The notes under the pieces are model-generated. The model did not search any database and had not been told where the DNA came from. It worked only from the letters and a program-made list of their open reading frames with translations. Shown in pieces: positions 60,732 to 64,000 of a stretch of 64,000 bases of DNA; the first letter of the stretch is position 1; each line of letters begins with the position of its first letter. The position numbers and the translations under genes are program-made. Origin of the DNA: Takakia lepidozioides. Its lineage: Eukaryota; Plantae; Bryophyta. Location: the NCBI GenBank assembly GCA_030704615.1, contig CM060731.1, positions 71,610,001 to 71,674,000 of the forward strand. Direction: 5' to 3'.

Positions 60732-61414
60732 CTTTTATGTGGCGCTCCCTTCTTAACCTTTGCGTACCCTTCGTACAGTTTTTACCCTTGCCAGGTAACA
60801 AATCGGATCCATCGCACAAGGTAACAACCGTCCGATCAGCTAATCCGTTGGATCTTTGAATTTTGAACTGGGCTGTTCCACATCCTTAAATGATACTAGT
60901 ATAGAGTAGAGTTACTCTTGTCGTCTCTTCGGAGTTAGGCAACGATCAGATCAACTAGAGACGGATAGATCAAACATCTCGGTGATGGTCTGTGTGTACA
61001 CAGCTCGTGGCTTCTACAAGGAAATGAATTCACGTTTTGAGAATCTTGTTTTTATTGCAGCAGGAGTCAAGATCACATCTCCCTATGCAGACGACAGACA
61101 CTTGGAAGAGAACCCAGAATTTTGATCATCTATTGTTGTGTGGAAATAACCTATGTTCCCCTATCAGTTCCAACAGTATCACTCTCCAACTACCCAGTCT
61201 CCCCTCGTTCAACCTTCTTTGGTGCCAAAATGGATTCTTTTTCCATGCCTACAGTTTGCCATCTTTTTGACACCTTGTCTGGAACAGAGGTTTTTTCACT
61301 GTGGATGTTCCATGATGAGTATTGAACTATGATTGAACAAAATCATTTCTTACTCCTTCCTTACAAACATATTTCTGCCCTCCAGTTTGCACTCTTTCAT
61401 GCAAATTGCTTATT

Positions 61415-61840
61415 TCACCAGCCACACCCCACCTCAGAGTGATGAAAGCTACATCCGGTTAACAATTGCTTGTCCTCAAGATTTCTGATAAACTTGATGG
61501 GGGAGTGGCAGTTGTTCCACACCTGAAGGTCCTTGATGATGTGGATAGAAGTCCCAGGAGGCAATCGCAAGCTTCTCACTGTGGAGGCAAAGAGGGGTTC
61601 CTTTTGTTCCTCCAAATTGTGCAATACACAGGCACATACCCAGCCTCCCTCATCTGCCTGAACAACCTGTGCTAATCAGCATGGATTTCCTGAAATTTGT
61701 GGATGCACTTGTCCTCAACAAACAATCTATGCATCCTGTTGGCATCCTTAACGCAGCTGCACCCTGGCTCCTTTCTGGCACCTCTGTACTTCGCTTTATT
61801 GTCTGACCTGCCATCAGCAGCACAAATCTTTGATAGCAGG
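61415..61840 (-). pseudogene. Orphan E+/DYW domain relic
   Basis: RKEPGCS, QMREAGYVP, LCLHSEKLAIA, IHIIKDLQVWNNCH, FHH. Confidence 0.75.
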
Positions 61841-62489
61841 ACATGAGCTCAATCATAATAAGACATTCGAGGCACATACTGTTGTCTCTTTCTGTCTTGG
61901 CAGAGATTTTCCCCATCAAGGACCTGAAGTGCCTGGCAGCCTACCTGCAGGAGGAACTTCGTCAGTTGGTACTTTCTGAAGTGATTTCTGGTTCTACTTT
62001 GTCCCATGGGCCCTCAAGGTTTAGAAGTTTCTTTCATATGTCTCTCTCTCTGCGTCGCATCCCTGGCCATCCTGTGGGGACTATCAATTTCTTACTTTCT
62101 CTCTCTGTTTAATTTAAAGCAAGGCTACGGCAAACAACGTCTTATGAGTACAATCTGTTCAATTTAAAGTACCATTTCATTTCATTCTCTCTGTTTAATT
62201 TATATACTGCCCGGCGTCAGCCCCTGACAAAGGTAGTTTCTGTCCCTTTGTGTTCCACTCAAAGTGGGCGCGGGGTCAATGACCACAAGGCTATGTCAAA
62301 CGTCTTATGAGTACATTCCGTTTAATTTACAGCATAAGAGAAGCAGATGCTCACAGAAAGAACAGTACTGACAGCAAAGTAATGACACATTGTTACTTTC
62401 CTCCTGTTCTTTCTTTCCAGGAATAAGGACAAATTCCAAAATTTCTCACACTTTAATTGGCACACTGTCTTGCATGCATGTTGCTTGGT

Positions 62490-64000
62490 TCACCAGTAAT
62501 CACCACATGAACAAACTCCTTCGTTGAAATGGTGGAAGCGGTTGGCATCCTGTACAACAACAGCCCTCCTAACAATCTTCACGATGAACTTGGTGGCAGT
62601 ATGGGAGTCACCACACACACAAAGGTTCTTGATGATGCGGATAAGTATCCTGGGGGGCGGGGGGTGCTAATGAGCCCAAAAAAATGGCCTGCTTCTCATG
62701 GTGGTCGCTGGTTTTTTTCGCTCCTCCTTACAAATCATGCAACACAAAGCACATGTCAGGCACACTGGCCTTCTTCATCTGCCATCTTTCTTTAGTTCAT
62801 CATGAATTTCCTCGATTTGTGGGTGCGACGAGTGTACAAATGTGTGCACCCAGCTGCAGACCTCAATGCGCCTGTAGCCTACTTCCTTTGTGACACCTCT
62901 TTCTTTCCACCTTTGCTTTATCTGGCCACCTGTCAGCTGCAGCGTAGATGTTTGATAGCAGCACATACGCTCGTGGATACCTCTTGACAATGCATTTTGC
63001 CACACATTCTGCTAGGACCACATTGCCATGAATTCTGCAGGCACCAAGCAAGGCTCCCCACACTGAAGCATCTGGTTCTATTGGCATTGTGTTAATGAAG
63101 TCCTCTGCCTCATCCAATCGCCCTGCGCGACCAAGAAGGTCCACCATGCAGCCGAAATGCTCCAATGTGGGGGTGAGGCCATAATCTTTCCTCATGGAAT
63201 CAAAGTAATGACAACCTTCATCAACCAGGCCCGCATGGCTACAAGCAGAGAGAACAGATATGAAGGTGATACTGTCTGGTTTGAAGCCTTTGCATTGCAT
63301 TTGTTGAAATATTTGGAGAACATCCCTACCACACCCATGCTGGCCATACCCTGCGATCATCACACTCCATGAGACTACATCTCGCACAGACATACTGTCA
63401 AACACTTGACGTGCATCCACTACGCTCCCACATTTAGCATACATGTCAACAAGAGTATTTTCCAAATCAATGTATGAGGGAATTCCGGCCTTGATGACAT
63501 CAGCATGGACCTCTTTGCCCTTTTCCAGGGCTCCTAGGCTGGCACATGCATTGAGAGCACAAATGAATGTGACAATGTTGGGTGTCACTCCTTCTCTCTG
63601 CATTTGCTCATAACACTTGAAAGCCTCTCTACCACATCCATGCTTGACATATCCTGTGATCATTGCACTCCATGACACCACATTTCGTTTAGCCATATTG
63701 TCGAACACTTGACGAGCATCATTCATGCTCGCACACTTAGCATACATGTCGACAAGGGTATTCTCCAATTTTATACAGGACAAAATTCCAGCTTTGATAA
63801 TGTCAGCATGGACTTCTTTGCCCTTTTCCAGGGCTCCTAGGCTAGCACAGGCATTGAGAATGCAAATGAAAGTAACCCGGTTGGGTGTCACCCCTTCCAA
63901 TTTCATCTGCTCATAGATCTTGAAAGCCTCCATACCGCACCCATGCTGAGCATACCCTTGGATCATCACACTCCATGAGACCACATCTTGTTTAACCATA
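62490..64000 (-). pseudogene. PLS-E-DYW PPR gene, PPR tract open but frameshifted before and within the DYW domain (5' end outside window)
   Basis: 378-aa open PLS+E region; downstream pieces IRIIKNLCVCGDSHTATKFI..DANRFHHFNEGVCSCGDYW*. Confidence 0.88.

Overview
Eukaryotic land-plant nuclear DNA, most consistent with a bryophyte or other early-diverging lineage with heavy organellar RNA editing (inferred from spliceosomal introns and many PLS/DYW PPR relics). Apparently intact host genes: a 5'-truncated GH20 beta-hexosaminidase (89-8811), an MSI4/FVE-type WD40 gene (9893-16770, one GC-AG intron), an intron-free Cactin CDS (57146-59116), an intron-free coiled-coil/RING ORF and a divergent Dof-like ORF. 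From about 17.5 to 56.7 kb the window is a nest of decayed transposons (CACTA, hAT, PIF/Harbinger, Copia, Helitrons, MITEs, a tRNA-SINE), PPR/DYW pseudogenes, an RPS3a pseudogene and a G-type lectin S-receptor kinase broken into three rearranged pieces. The most unusual object is a two-copy element (about 35205-37247 and 49520-52481) with no recognisable transposase. It carries a non-RD kinase-like ORF (HNDLSPNN/DWG), a CRISPR-like array of GC palindromes with distinct AT-rich spacers, and a hairpin+CTAG end; in one copy the segment holding the start codon is cleanly inverted. Coordinates were read by eye and element boundaries are approximate.
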